From a virus (taxonomy: Duplodnaviria; Caudoviricetes): a stretch of 64,000 bases of DNA. The stretch is taken from IMG/VR virus record IMGVR_UViG_3300024252_000005; one strand, 5' to 3'. Below, piece after piece: positions 1 to 11,700 of this stretch. The position numbers and the translations under genes are program-made. Below the pieces are notes generated by a model, which was not told where the DNA came from, did not search any database, and saw only the letters and a list, made by a program, of their open reading frames with translations. Positions within the stretch are counted from its first letter, which is position 1. Each line of letters starts with the position of its first letter.

Positions 1-282
1 AGAAATTATTTCAATTTAGATAGTAATAAAAATATATTAGAAAACAATGATTTTTACAAGAAATTTTTAATTGAAGTAGATAAAGATATTGCGAGTACTG
101 AGATGATTAAGTGCTTGTTGCCTAGTGTATTTTACGATATTCACAATATCAAGATAAATAGAGATGACTTTAAAATAAATGACAGTGAAGAAGTAATTGA
201 ATATAGATATGGAAGTAACGTTTTAGAAGATGAAAATGTTGACAAATGCTTTACGTATTATGTAGGTGTAAGGATTTTATAA
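1..282 (+). CDS. Partial CDS (C-terminal 93 aa, truncated by window edge), hypothetical
   Basis: Frame 1 is open from base 1 (RNYFNLDSNK...YVGVRIL) to TAA at 280-282, directly abutting the TTG of the next ORF. Confidence 0.7.
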   Translation, partial: RNYFNLDSNKNILENNDFYKKFLIEVDKDIASTEMIKCLLPSVFYDIHNIKINRDDFKINDSEEVIEYRYGSNVLEDENVDKCFTYYVGVRIL

Positions 283-1908
283 TTGAATATTGATACTATA
301 AAAGATTTAGTTTTTTCATTGTCTTACGGCAAAAAAAGAAATCAAGAAGCAAATTTTTCATTTATATATAATCTATATAATGAAAATGAAACTCAAATTC
401 CTGATGAGTTTATAATGAATACCAATAACGTATCTAAAAATAAATTTATTAGAATAGAGCTTGAAAATACTGTAGAGGTTTTAGATAGTGAAGATTTTTC
501 TGAAGTTGAACAATTAAGATTTATAGACGAGTTGACAGATCGTGATTTATATGAATCAGAGCGTGAACTTTTTAATAAAATTGATAATTTAATACCTACA
601 AGAAGGAGTCTAGTAGTAGACTATAAGTTTAATGAAATAAAAAATTATTTTAAAATTAACAAAAAATCTGATGCTGATATTGAAAAAGATACAATTTCAA
701 GGATTAATAGATCGAACAACTTATCTATTCTACCTGTTAATCAATATATTGAAAAATTTGAAAGAAAAGAACTTGTTGAAAATTTCAACTACAATAATAT
801 CACTGCTTATGAAGATATTGTTACTAGTGAAAAAATAATAGAAGCTAGAAACAGTAAAGATAACTTTATATCAAAGTTCGAATCAGGAAGCATTTTTCCT
901 GGTTTAATTCCTTTATCTACAAGTATTAATACAGGTGATCCAAATTTATATGCTAGATTGAATGCTGTATATTGTGGAAGATATTTGGAAAAATTTGCTT
1001 TAGAAGAAAATGGAAAATATAAATTTTTATGTTCTAGGTTTTTTATAAATGCACCTCCACATAATATTGACAACTCAATTGAAGATGAAGCAATAAAATA
1101 TGGAAAAACATACAGATATGTTCATTACAATGTTTATCTATATACAGCAGTTGATCCTAGTGATAGATTTGTATTAAACCATTATTTGCTATGTGACTAT
1201 CCCTATTTAAGCAACGATATCATATGTAAGGAATTTAATATTCCACCTGCGCCTGTAGCACTTAAAGCTTCTTATAATAAAAATAGTAAAAAAATGATGT
1301 TAAGATGGCAATCTCCTACTAATTACGAAGGAGATGTTAAAGGATATCAGATACTTAAAAGGTCTAGTTTAGACGAGCCATTCAAGTTAGTTAAGCAACT
1401 AGAAGGTCATTTACCTACAGATTTATATGATTTCGTAGAAAGCGTTAGAAATTCTGACAAGATAAAAACTCCTGGAAAAGTTGTTACTTCTTATCATGAA
1501 GAAACTTTTGATGTTAATAAGATGTCAATATATGCTATAAGATCAATAGATGCACATGGTATGATATCTAGCTATGGAGAACAAATAGGTGTATATTATG
1601 ACATGCTAAGAGATAAACTTATAACTAGTTTAGTTGGAAGATCAGGTGCTGATGTACTATATCCTAATAGCACAGTACTAAATAAATCTTTATTTTTTGA
1701 AAATCTAATAGATATTGTTGATAATTTACCTTTAGCTGAACAGCCTAAAAAAATAACGCTTTATGTTACTCCTGATTTCTCATGTATCACTACGAAAAAT
1801 GAAGAAGAAAAAATTATAAATGATGGTGATGAGTATCAATTTACTTTTATGAACTTAAATGACAACATTTATAGAAGTGATAAATTTACAATAAACAATT
1901 TTGGTTAA
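283..1908 (+). CDS. Hypothetical virion/baseplate-region protein with a fibronectin type III-like domain
   Basis: 541-aa ORF with TTG start (true start uncertain). PPAPVALKASYN...MMLRWQSP...VKGYQILKR...YAIRSIDAHG matches the FnIII pattern. Confidence 0.55.
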   Translation: MNIDTIKDLVFSLSYGKKRNQEANFSFIYNLYNENETQIPDEFIMNTNNVSKNKFIRIELENTVEVLDSEDFSEVEQLRFIDELTDRDLYESERELFNKIDNLIPTRRSLVVDYKFNEIKNYFKINKKSDADIEKDTISRINRSNNLSILPVNQYIEKFERKELVENFNYNNITAYEDIVTSEKIIEARNSKDNFISKFESGSIFPGLIPLSTSINTGDPNLYARLNAVYCGRYLEKFALEENGKYKFLCSRFFINAPPHNIDNSIEDEAIKYGKTYRYVHYNVYLYTAVDPSDRFVLNHYLLCDYPYLSNDIICKEFNIPPAPVALKASYNKNSKKMMLRWQSPTNYEGDVKGYQILKRSSLDEPFKLVKQLEGHLPTDLYDFVESVRNSDKIKTPGKVVTSYHEETFDVNKMSIYAIRSIDAHGMISSYGEQIGVYYDMLRDKLITSLVGRSGADVLYPNSTVLNKSLFFENLIDIVDNLPLAEQPKKITLYVTPDFSCITTKNEEEKIINDGDEYQFTFMNLNDNIYRSDKFTINNFG

Positions 1909-1921
1909 TATTATTTAATAT

Positions 1922-1934
1922 ATATTTATAAATA
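1922..1934 (+). promoter_or_regulatory. Candidate late promoter (ATATTTATA overlapping TATAAATA)
   Basis: ATATTTATA at 1922-1930 overlaps an exact T4 late-promoter octamer TATAAATA at 1927-1934. An AAGGAG SD and the ATG at 1953 follow. Confidence 0.4.
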
Positions 1935-1952
1935 AAAGAAGGAGATTGACAT

Positions 1953-2702
1953 ATGGGATTTTTAAATCACGCGACAAACAATGTTATAATTGATGCTGTT
2001 TTAACTGACAAGGGTAGAGAGTTGTTGTCTAGAAATGATGGCTCATTTAAAATATCTAGATTTAGACTTTCAGATGACGAGGTTGACTACTCTGTAATAG
2101 AGCAGTATGGTATACCTTTAGGCAAAGAAAAGATTGAAAAAAATACACCTATATTTGAAGCATTAACATCTGAGAATTTAGCATTAAAATATCCATTAAT
2201 TACTTTAGACAATAATACGCAAGTTGTCTATGCTTATCCTGAGATTGTGCTAGATGGTACAACTTTGCCAATAAGCATTACAACACATTCAGAATCTCAA
2301 CCTAATAAAAAGGTTGCTATTGTTAACATTAAAACATCAATTAATCAAGATGTTGACTTTAATCTTAATAAATCAAGACTTGTAGATGAGTTTTTTAAAG
2401 TTAAAGTTTTTAACAAGCTTCTTAAAGTAACAAACGCAGATTCTGTTGATAATATAGTTAATAGTAGTGATATTACTACATTCAATGTTCTTGCAAAATC
2501 TAGAGAGTCTACAAGAGAATTCAGGGGTCAATCTGTAGCAAAAATTGAAGTTATTGCTGCTGGTATTACAAATGACAGTAGTTATAGATATTATTCTCTG
2601 GCAAGTGATAGAACTACTATTAAAACACAAATACAAATCATAGGAAATAGAACTAATTCTTCATTGATAGTCCCTATTACTATAACTAGTCAACAACTTT
2701 AA
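1953..2702 (+). CDS. Conserved phage baseplate/tail-collar-related protein
   Basis: 249 aa with AGGAG SD. N-terminal IIDAVLTDKGRELLSRNDGSFKISRFRLSDDEVDY resembles the start of tail-collar fibre (DUF3751-like) proteins. Confidence 0.5.
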   Translation: MGFLNHATNNVIIDAVLTDKGRELLSRNDGSFKISRFRLSDDEVDYSVIEQYGIPLGKEKIEKNTPIFEALTSENLALKYPLITLDNNTQVVYAYPEIVLDGTTLPISITTHSESQPNKKVAIVNIKTSINQDVDFNLNKSRLVDEFFKVKVFNKLLKVTNADSVDNIVNSSDITTFNVLAKSRESTREFRGQSVAKIEVIAAGITNDSSYRYYSLASDRTTIKTQIQIIGNRTNSSLIVPITITSQQL

Positions 2703-2716
2703 AAAGAGAGATAAGA

Positions 2717-3934
2717 ATGACAGAACTGACTAATACGTTTTTTAAAATTAATGATGCAGATATTATTAGAAAAACATCACAAGTAAAACAACTAGTAGAT
2801 ATCTTGCAAGTAGATGTTGCCAGTGTCGATGACGATGATGCACCAAGTAGCAGTAATAATACTAAAACAAGAAAGAAATATGAAGTATTTGTATCAGGAA
2901 CTGGCGCAAATGCAGTAACTAGCTCTCTTTTTCAAACAATATTTGATCAAGATTATACGACACAAACGTCAAACGAGTTGTTTGATATAGCAATAGGATG
3001 TTATGATGGAAGTAAACTAGTTTCTGATGCATCTACTGGAACTGACAGTAGTGGTAAAAGGCTTTTTCCTAACACTGTTCTTATGATGAGAGAGAAAATC
3101 AATATTTATAAGCAATATGCACAGACTTTACTTGGAGATTCTAGTAGTTTCTTTACATCACCATATGAATCAACAGTTTCTTCAGGCGATAATCCTCCAG
3201 AAAGAATTGACGAAGCAATATTTCTAAACGTTAAGCGACTTTTTGCAAGAGACAGTATTGTAAAAGAGCAATTTACAATGAAGTTATATAAAAACCCAGG
3301 GGCGGGTACAAATATTGGAACTCCAGCAGATTCAGCAAGCTCAATAACTATAACAGACTCAGGTGCTAGCACAAGTTTAAGAGTAACAAGTCAAGCTGGT
3401 AGCATTGGGACATTAGTAGAAGGTGCAAATAATGTAGGATTAATATTTTATGAAAAAGGCATTGTAGTATTAGATGCAAAAAAAGTATTTAACGGAACTG
3501 TCAACGTAAAAGGCAACATACCAACAGTTAGTGGCGGCAATGATACAGCTTTTGATGACAAGCTTTTTCCAAACTTATGGGCTACTGGTTCTATTGATAC
3601 TATTGTTGATCATATATGTAATACAAGATTCGGCAGAACGACAAGCACAGCTATGGGTTTTTTAAATCAAACAAACATTAACTCTTCTATTTACGTTTGT
3701 AGAGTTGCTCCGAGTCAAGCAAACTATTCTAGAAATCCAACTTATACAAATTCTGACGGTACTATTAGAGTTATTGATGGTTTAGATAATAGAGGTGCTG
3801 ATCCTTTCTCTTATATTACTACGATAGGGTTGTATGATACTAGCAACAACTTGCTTGCAGTTGCTAAAACATCAAGGCCTATTGAAAAAAATCCAGAAGT
3901 TGACCTTTCGATTAGCGTGAGAATAGACTACTAA
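2717..3934 (+). CDS. Baseplate/tail-fibre-associated structural protein
   Basis: 405 aa, Ser/Thr/Gly-rich. C-terminal YITTIGLYDTSNNLLAVAKTSRPIEK...SVRIDY motif is typical of tail-collar-type proteins. Confidence 0.5.
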   Translation: MTELTNTFFKINDADIIRKTSQVKQLVDILQVDVASVDDDDAPSSSNNTKTRKKYEVFVSGTGANAVTSSLFQTIFDQDYTTQTSNELFDIAIGCYDGSKLVSDASTGTDSSGKRLFPNTVLMMREKINIYKQYAQTLLGDSSSFFTSPYESTVSSGDNPPERIDEAIFLNVKRLFARDSIVKEQFTMKLYKNPGAGTNIGTPADSASSITITDSGASTSLRVTSQAGSIGTLVEGANNVGLIFYEKGIVVLDAKKVFNGTVNVKGNIPTVSGGNDTAFDDKLFPNLWATGSIDTIVDHICNTRFGRTTSTAMGFLNQTNINSSIYVCRVAPSQANYSRNPTYTNSDGTIRVIDGLDNRGADPFSYITTIGLYDTSNNLLAVAKTSRPIEKNPEVDLSISVRIDY

Positions 3935-3935
3935 C

Positions 3936-6900
3936 ATGACAATTAATATTATTGATAAAAAAATGATAGTTCAAAATAAAATTGAACTTCACCCTTCAAT
4001 AAACTACGTTTCAGCATCTTCAGATTGCAATTTTTTAGACAGACTTGAAATAACTCAAGCTGGAACGTATGGGTTTATAAATTCTACAAATACAGATATA
4101 AAAGAGTATAAAGAATATACTGTAGGTAGTGATGCACATGACATCACTAGACAAAGACAGTATAATGTTAGTGATGCTTTCGTAAGAGATACTTCAGTTA
4201 GTTTATTAACAAAAATAACAAATTTGAAAAGTAATATATTAGCGCTAGAATCAGAGCTTAAAACTAAATTAGTTCCTGAAACTAGTAGAAATAATAATTT
4301 TATTACTAGTTTTTGTGTTGACAAGGGTGTTCAATTTAATACAGCAGGAAAACACCAGTTTGAAGTAGAAAGAATTGAAAAAGAATACTTGATAGATAGT
4401 CAAAGCTATAGAAAAAAGCTTTCTGTGCTTAATCTGTATGAATTCTATAGAGAAAACATAGAACATAATAGTTTTCATGATCTAAGCTGGGGATTTAAAA
4501 ACTACAACTCTTTAAACTTTTTCAATATATATGAAAATATTAATAGTAAATTTTCTAATAGTATAACGCATAAAAATTGTCTAATATATCCTAATCTGCT
4601 TAGTCAATCAAAACAAACTTACGACTTTACAGATGCAAAAGATTTTTCAATTAGTTTTTATATTAATCCAAAAAGAAAAAATAAAGATGCTTTTCATTAT
4701 AATCCGGGTTGTATAATTAATATCCCGGGTATAGTTTCTGTATATATTGTTAAAGGTACAAGTGTAGATGAAAAAGGTCTAACTGATAAGTTTAGAATTT
4801 TAACTCAGACAGGAGAAAAAACTTATGAAGCTTTATTTAATACAGTTGAATCAAGTAGTTTTGATTTTACTGACGAAAGTGAACAAAGCGCAGGATTAAA
4901 CTATTTAAGTAAAGATAATATTCTTTCTCATAATAATTGGCATCATGTTGCGCTTGCCTTTAGAAAAAATACAGTAAATAATTCTACAACTTGTTATTTT
5001 GAAATATTTGTAGATGGTGTTCTTATTTCTACACTTAGTGAGCAAGATAATGTTTTTCTGCAGCAATCAAATAACAGCTTTATAACAATTGGTAATAAGA
5101 TACTAGTAGAAAAAGCAGACATTAGTGACTTTGTTCTCAATGCATTTTCCAAAGACTTGACTAATGCAGACGATAACCTTGGTCCTTATGTTAAAAAACA
5201 TATACTTTTTGGTAATCAGATTGATTCTGTTTTAAACGGAGTGAGTGATCCAAGCAAAACATATGATTTTAAAAACAATTTAAACGATAGTAATTCTAGT
5301 TATATTAATGAAAATACTAGTATGGCATTAAATGCAGAAATTTGTGATATTAGATTGTACAAGCAATCTTTGGACGCTGAAAAAGTTTTAAATATTACAA
5401 AAAAAGGTATTAATAGTATTGATTATGAAAAAGATGAATACGATCTTATTTTTTACTTGCCTGTATATTTTAAGTCACAAAATGTCAAAAGACAGGGTCT
5501 TGTTAACTTAAATGCACCGTATAGAAAAACAATAGACAATGATATATCAGTACCTGTTGATGAATACCTCGAAGGTAAATATATATATAACAACGTTGAT
5601 CAAAACGTTGATGAAAATAATTTCAAAATAAAAACAGAAAATATATCTTATAATTCTGCAACTAATCCTTTCTTTTTTACATTTACAGGCGGTACAGAAG
5701 TATCAGCTGAGCATTTTACTAGAGAATTTGTTTTTAATACTCAACCCAATATAGTTATTGGTGGCAATATAAAAGAAGATTCTTATCAAAATTGCTTTTT
5801 AAGTAAAGCTTCTTTTGTTTTAGATAATGCAGATTTTAATAATAAAATAAAAGAAGGCAAAACAGCTGATACTTTTTTGCTCGATATATATAACGAAGCT
5901 TCAATAGATAATACAATAACTATAAATAGTCTTAAAACAAATGCTGATATAGATCATCAAGTAGATACTATTATTTACAAAAATTATATGATTTTACCAA
6001 GCGACAATGGTCTTCAAGAGCAGTTTTATAATAACGATGTTTTTAAGTATAATTTAGAAAGTGATTATCTAGATATACATAAAAATGATGTTGGAGAGAT
6101 AAATTATGACTTTGTTTCTCTAAACAACATAAAAAAAGATTTTAATTTAAAAAGCTCAATTAGTGCTAGGCTTTTAACAATACCAGAATATTACAATAGA
6201 GATGAACTGACGCCTTTAGAAGAAAGAAGAGAGTTTTATATAACTAATAGCAATGTTTCTTTTATTAATGAAAAGAGATTCAATGAGTTCCCAGATAAAC
6301 TGAAAAATATATCTTTGAATAACTATCATAGTGAATTTAATCTATCATTTGTTGATAATGTTGTTTCGTCTAATATTAGCGCATGGAGAAAATCTGAGCT
6401 ATCTCTTGCTAGCAAATTAGATTTAAATGAATCAGGCGACTTCTATAAAACATTTTCTAATCCTGCACAAAGAAGTTATTATTCTAGCCATGACAATACA
6501 ATATCACAATTGGAAAATTATGATCAAAAATTAATTGGTCAAGAAAGTTCAATTATTTACTGGAAAGCATATAGTCCTTTATGGCAACTTGAGGAAGATT
6601 ATAATGAAAACTCTAGTACTATTTTCTGTATTTCTACACAAATTTTCAATAACAAAATTAAAAAAGAGACTTTTACTATTAAGGATGTTGATCTGCCACT
6701 ATCTTCTGGAGTAAGTTTATTTTTTAAAGATAGTAGCTTAGGCACAATGTATAGATGTGATAGTTTAACAAAGAGCGCTGAATGGAATACCTCAGGACAT
6801 GTTCTATATAACGAAGGTATTTGTACATTATTACATCCTAGTCTTTATAATTTTGGTTTGACAAACTTTAAAATTGAAGCAAAGTCTCATGCTTCATTAA

Positions 6901-7142
6901 ATGTTTTTGAATTAAACTTGCCTGCTCATGCTGGAGAAACTAATTTATCTAAAAACAAGTCATATATTGAAGATTTAAGAATAGATAACTCTGCATTTAA
7001 CTCTGACGAAGATTTTGTTTATATTACAGATATAGACATTCACGATGAAAACTTAAATGTTGTAGCAAAAGCTAAATTAGCTCAGCCATTTCCTAAGAAG
7101 AACAGTGATAATGTGCTATTTAGAGTTAAAATGGATTTTTAA
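3936..7142 (+). CDS. Large virion protein with a LamG/concanavalin A-like domain and a tail-collar-type C-terminus
   Basis: 1068 aa. FSISFYINP...NNWHHVALAF...IFVDG...ITIG...EICDIRLY is a LamG pattern. C-terminal YITDIDIHDENLNVVAKAKLAQPFPK...RVKMDF parallels the end of 2717..3934. Confidence 0.55.
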   Translation: MTINIIDKKMIVQNKIELHPSINYVSASSDCNFLDRLEITQAGTYGFINSTNTDIKEYKEYTVGSDAHDITRQRQYNVSDAFVRDTSVSLLTKITNLKSNILALESELKTKLVPETSRNNNFITSFCVDKGVQFNTAGKHQFEVERIEKEYLIDSQSYRKKLSVLNLYEFYRENIEHNSFHDLSWGFKNYNSLNFFNIYENINSKFSNSITHKNCLIYPNLLSQSKQTYDFTDAKDFSISFYINPKRKNKDAFHYNPGCIINIPGIVSVYIVKGTSVDEKGLTDKFRILTQTGEKTYEALFNTVESSSFDFTDESEQSAGLNYLSKDNILSHNNWHHVALAFRKNTVNNSTTCYFEIFVDGVLISTLSEQDNVFLQQSNNSFITIGNKILVEKADISDFVLNAFSKDLTNADDNLGPYVKKHILFGNQIDSVLNGVSDPSKTYDFKNNLNDSNSSYINENTSMALNAEICDIRLYKQSLDAEKVLNITKKGINSIDYEKDEYDLIFYLPVYFKSQNVKRQGLVNLNAPYRKTIDNDISVPVDEYLEGKYIYNNVDQNVDENNFKIKTENISYNSATNPFFFTFTGGTEVSAEHFTREFVFNTQPNIVIGGNIKEDSYQNCFLSKASFVLDNADFNNKIKEGKTADTFLLDIYNEASIDNTITINSLKTNADIDHQVDTIIYKNYMILPSDNGLQEQFYNNDVFKYNLESDYLDIHKNDVGEINYDFVSLNNIKKDFNLKSSISARLLTIPEYYNRDELTPLEERREFYITNSNVSFINEKRFNEFPDKLKNISLNNYHSEFNLSFVDNVVSSNISAWRKSELSLASKLDLNESGDFYKTFSNPAQRSYYSSHDNTISQLENYDQKLIGQESSIIYWKAYSPLWQLEEDYNENSSTIFCISTQIFNNKIKKETFTIKDVDLPLSSGVSLFFKDSSLGTMYRCDSLTKSAEWNTSGHVLYNEGICTLLHPSLYNFGLTNFKIEAKSHASLNVFELNLPAHAGETNLSKNKSYIEDLRIDNSAFNSDEDFVYITDIDIHDENLNVVAKAKLAQPFPKKNSDNVLFRVKMDF

Positions 7143-7145
7143 TTA

Positions 7146-7724
7146 ATGCAAGAAATAAGTTACATAGGTTTAGATATATCTACTTCAATAATAGGTATTT
7201 GTTTTTTAGATAGTAATAGTGATTTAGTTTTATTAGATAATATTAATTTAAAAAAGACTAAATCTATGTTTAGTAAATCTGAAATTGTTAAGAATAGATT
7301 AATAGAATATAAAAATAGTCTTAAGTTTACAAAAAATATTAAAATATCTATAGAAGCGGCATTCCAATCTTTCAGCGCTGGATTCTCTTCAGCAAAGACT
7401 CTTTCTCAGTTAAATAGATTTAATGGTATTGTATCTTACTTAGTATATGATGTATTTAGTATTGAACCCTTATATATTAATGTTAACAGCGCAAGAAAAA
7501 ATTTACAAATAAAAATTGACAGAAAGTCAAAAAATTCTACAAAAGAACAAGTATTTGAATGGGCAAGAAATAACTTAAATAGTGAATTTAATTGGCCAGA
7601 AAAAATATTAAAAAGTGGTCCTAATAAAGGTCGTGTAAAATTTGATGAATCTTGTTATGATATGTCTGACGCATTTGTAATATGTAAGGCATTAATTTTC
7701 AATGAAGAATCCAACAATAAATGA
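7146..7724 (+). CDS. RuvC-like Holliday junction resolvase
   Basis: RNase H-fold acidic residues in YIGLDISTS, ISIEAAF and YDMSDAFVI; 192 aa. Confidence 0.8.
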   Translation: MQEISYIGLDISTSIIGICFLDSNSDLVLLDNINLKKTKSMFSKSEIVKNRLIEYKNSLKFTKNIKISIEAAFQSFSAGFSSAKTLSQLNRFNGIVSYLVYDVFSIEPLYINVNSARKNLQIKIDRKSKNSTKEQVFEWARNNLNSEFNWPEKILKSGPNKGRVKFDESCYDMSDAFVICKALIFNEESNNK

Positions 7725-8697
7725 TAAATTATACTTTCTAGAGAGTTTCTTAAAAACTAATCTTTCTAATGATGGTCTTAATGTATCTATATGGTGTCCT
7801 TTTTGTAGACATAGTAATAAAAATAAGTTAAAGCTAGCCGTACACTTAGAAAAAAACTTCTATCACTGTTGGTTATGCGACAAAAAAGGCTCTAATATAC
7901 CTTTTTTAATATCCAAGATATCTAAAACAAAATCATGTGAATCTGAAAAGTATTTTAAAAAGTACACTAAGAAAACTTTCGATTTAGGCTTAGATATAAA
8001 TAGTCTTTTTGGAGACTATGTTATCGAAGAAGATGACATTGATATAGTTGAAATACCAAAAGGCTTTAAAGTTTTAGCAAATGCCTATAACGAAATAGAT
8101 CCAGATATTAGAGATGTTTTTAGATATGCTATAAAAAGAGGCGCTAATAAACATAAGTTCTGGATGTTAAGACTAGGCTATTCTAATGATAAAGATTTTA
8201 GAAGATCATTGATTTTACCATCTTTAGATGAAAAAGGAAGTATAAATTTCTATACAGCTAGGAAAATAGATGCAGACAGCAGTAATCCTTTCAAATATAA
8301 TAATGCTAATATTAAAAAGAAGAACGTAATATTTAATGAGCTTAACATAGACTGGACTATACCTTTAACTATAGTAGAAGGTCCATTGGATCTACTTAAG
8401 ACTAATGACAACTCTACTTGTTTACTAGGGTCTTCTTTGACTAAAGACATGAAATTGTTTAAAAAAATAGTTGAAAATAAAACTCCAGTTTATCTTGCAC
8501 TTGACAGTGATGTTTATTATAAGACGCTAAGAATTGCTGATCTTTTATATGAGTATGATATAGAAACATTTATAGTAGACACAAGATCTGCAGATGATGT
8601 AGGTGACATGAGAATAGATCAATTTGAAGAATTATTAGAAAAAGCTAAACTGTACGAAAAAGAAGATACATTGCTATCTAAGATATCGAGCTTGTAA
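7702..8697 (+). CDS. DNA primase (Zn-binding domain plus TOPRIM)
   Basis: CPFC...HCWLC zinc-binding domain; TOPRIM motifs IVEGPLD, LALDSD and DDVGD. Confidence 0.85.
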   Translation: MKNPTINDKLYFLESFLKTNLSNDGLNVSIWCPFCRHSNKNKLKLAVHLEKNFYHCWLCDKKGSNIPFLISKISKTKSCESEKYFKKYTKKTFDLGLDINSLFGDYVIEEDDIDIVEIPKGFKVLANAYNEIDPDIRDVFRYAIKRGANKHKFWMLRLGYSNDKDFRRSLILPSLDEKGSINFYTARKIDADSSNPFKYNNANIKKKNVIFNELNIDWTIPLTIVEGPLDLLKTNDNSTCLLGSSLTKDMKLFKKIVENKTPVYLALDSDVYYKTLRIADLLYEYDIETFIVDTRSADDVGDMRIDQFEELLEKAKLYEKEDTLLSKISSL

Positions 8698-8705
8698 AGG
8701 AAACT

Positions 8706-11700
8706 ATGTCAATAAAAATAGCACACATTTCAGACATTCATTGGAGAAGCTTAAAAAGACATGATGAGTATAAAAATATATTCGTCAAATGTTTAAATAA
8801 GCTAACAAACCTAAAGCCTGACGTTATTTATATAGGAGGAGATATTGTACATTCAAAAACACAAGGTATATCTCCTGAAATTATTGAAAATTTAACTTGG
8901 AGCTTTAACGAACTATCAAAAATAGCACCACTTCATATAATATTGGGTAATCATGATGGTTTAATACTCAATACTGATAGACAAGATGCTATAACACCTA
9001 TAATTAATGCTATAGATAATAAAAATATATTTCTTTATAAAAAAAGTGGTGTATATTCTACTGGTATTAAAGGATATGATTGGTGTGTTTTTTCCTGTTT
9101 TGATCAGGAGAACTGGAATAAAGTAAAGCCTTCTGAAGAAAATATTAATATTGCATGTTTTCATGGTGCTGTTACAGGATCAAAGACAGATATTGATTGG
9201 GAGCTAGAAGGAGAAGTAAAACTAGGTATGTTTGATGGATATGATTTTGGTCTATTTGGAGACATACACAAATTTCAGTACTTAGACAAAGATAAGCGCG
9301 TAGCTTACCCAGGATCTTTAATACAGCAAAACTATGGTGAAGATATCAAAAAGGGCTTTTTGTTCTGGGATATTAACAATAGATATGATTTTAAGTCGAA
9401 ACTAATTACAATAACCAATCCACATCCATTTGTAACAGTAGAATGGCAAGGAAACGTTGAAGAAACAATAGCTTTCTGCGCTAAAGTAAAAAAAGAAGCT
9501 AGATTTAGAATAAAATCAGAATCAAGTATTTCTCAGGCTGAAATAAAACTTTTACACTACTACTTGAAACATGAAAAAAATGCTAAAGAAATAGTATACC
9601 AAAATATACAAAGCAAGAGTTTAGAAAAAACTAGCATATCAGAAGATAGAAGTAATATACTAAATATTAGAAACAAATCTGATAGGGGAAGCTTGCTCAA
9701 ATCTTTATATAAAGATATAGATGATCTAGCTTTTGAAAAACTTGATAGTATATTTATTGAAAATTTAGACAAAATACCGGAAAACTTGTCTTCAACAGAA
9801 GGTCAGCGTTGGTCTATTAATAACATGGAGTTTAGCAATACTTTTTCTTATGGTAAAAGTAACTTTATTAATTTTAATAATCTTAATGGAGTCATAGGAA
9901 TCTTTGGGAACAATAGGTCTGGTAAATCTTCAATACCAGGGACTCTAATGTACAATTTATTCAACACCTCTGACAGAGGTGCTATTAAAAATTTAGATAT
10001 AGTAAATATTAGAAAAGGAAACTGTAAGTCTAGAGTTAATTTAAGCATAGGATCTGAAAACTATGACATTATAAGAGAGACAATTAAGAAATCTTCTAAG
10101 AAAGGTGTAGTTTCGGCAACAACTTCTCTATCACTAAAAAGAAACAATATTAATTCTGAAGAGATTAATGAAACAGAAGAACAGCGACGTGAAACAGAAA
10201 AAGTTCTAAGAAAACTAATAGGTACTTCTGAAGATTTTCTATATACAAGTTTTGCTTCGCAAGGAGAAATTAATACTTTTATTAAAGAAAAATCCAGTGC
10301 AAGAAAATCAATATTATCAAAATTTTTAAGCTTGGAGATATATGAAGAAATATATAAAAATTCAAGAGAAGATTACATTGTTTTAAAGAGTAAGCTGAAA
10401 AGTCTAAAGGAAGAAAACTGGAATGTCACAATTTCAGATCTTAATAAAAAAATTGAAGATATTGATTATAAAGAAATAAAAAATCAAGAAAAAATTTCTA
10501 TTGCAAGACAGCTAGAAGTCAATCTAAGAGTTCAATTAAGAGACCTAGAAAAAGATATTAAGAAACACCCATCAGGATATACTATAGATACAGCTAACAA
10601 AGAGCTTAATTTTTCAAATAACGCTAAAGTTAGAGAAGAAAACTTTATAAAAGATCTAGAGCGTGACATATCAGACTCAAAAGAAAAAATAAGAAAAATC
10701 GAGTTATTTAAAGAAAACTACTCTATCGAATCTCTTGAATCAGAAAAAGAAAAGCTAGATAGTTTATCTAAAAATATTACTTTTTTCAAACAAGAGAGGA
10801 ATTCTCTTACAAGAGAAAAAAATAATAGCTGTAATGAAATAAAAATTTTAGATCAAGTGCCTTGCGGAGACAAATATCAAACTTGTAAATTTATAAGCAA
10901 AGCACACAAAGCTCAATCAGAGCTTCCTGATTTAACTAAAAGCATAAAAGAAGTTGAAAGTTCAATATATGAAATCAAAGGCGCGATTGAAAGATTAGAA
11001 AAAGAAAACATCAAAGAAAACATCAAAAAGTATAATAATATTCTAAATAAAGAATACAAGCTTAAGATTGACTTAGACGGCTATAAAGAAAAAATATCTG
11101 CAAAAAAAGAAAAAATAAATTCTATTAATGAAAAAATAGAAAAGCTATCTGTTTTATCTTTAGAATTGGCTTCTTACAACGATGATAGTATTATTGAAAA
11201 AACAGAAAAGCTAAAACAGGATCTAAACAGAGTACAAGAAGATATATCTACAAATGAATCTCTTTCTAGAAAAAGTCAACATGAAACATTTCAGGCTAAA
11301 GCTGACATAAAAGAAACTATCAATGAGAAAGAAGAGTATCATAAAGTAATAGATAAATTTAAGTTATATGACATGTTTTCTTTTGCTGTTTCTAAAAAAG
11401 GTATACCAACATTACTAATAAATTCTTATTTACCCAAGATAAACAATGAGATTAATAATATTTTAAGTGGAGTAACTTCTTTTAAAATAGAAATAGCTGA
11501 TGACACAAATAATAATAATTTAAATGTTTATATTGACTATGGTGATTCAAAAAGAATTATTGAATGTGGCAGTGGAATGGAAAAAATGATGGCTTCTATA
11601 GCAATTAGAGTAGCGCTAATAAACATTTCTTATTTGCCAAAGTCAGATATTTTTATAATAGATGAGGGTTTTGGGGCTCTAGATGAATCAAACATAGAAG

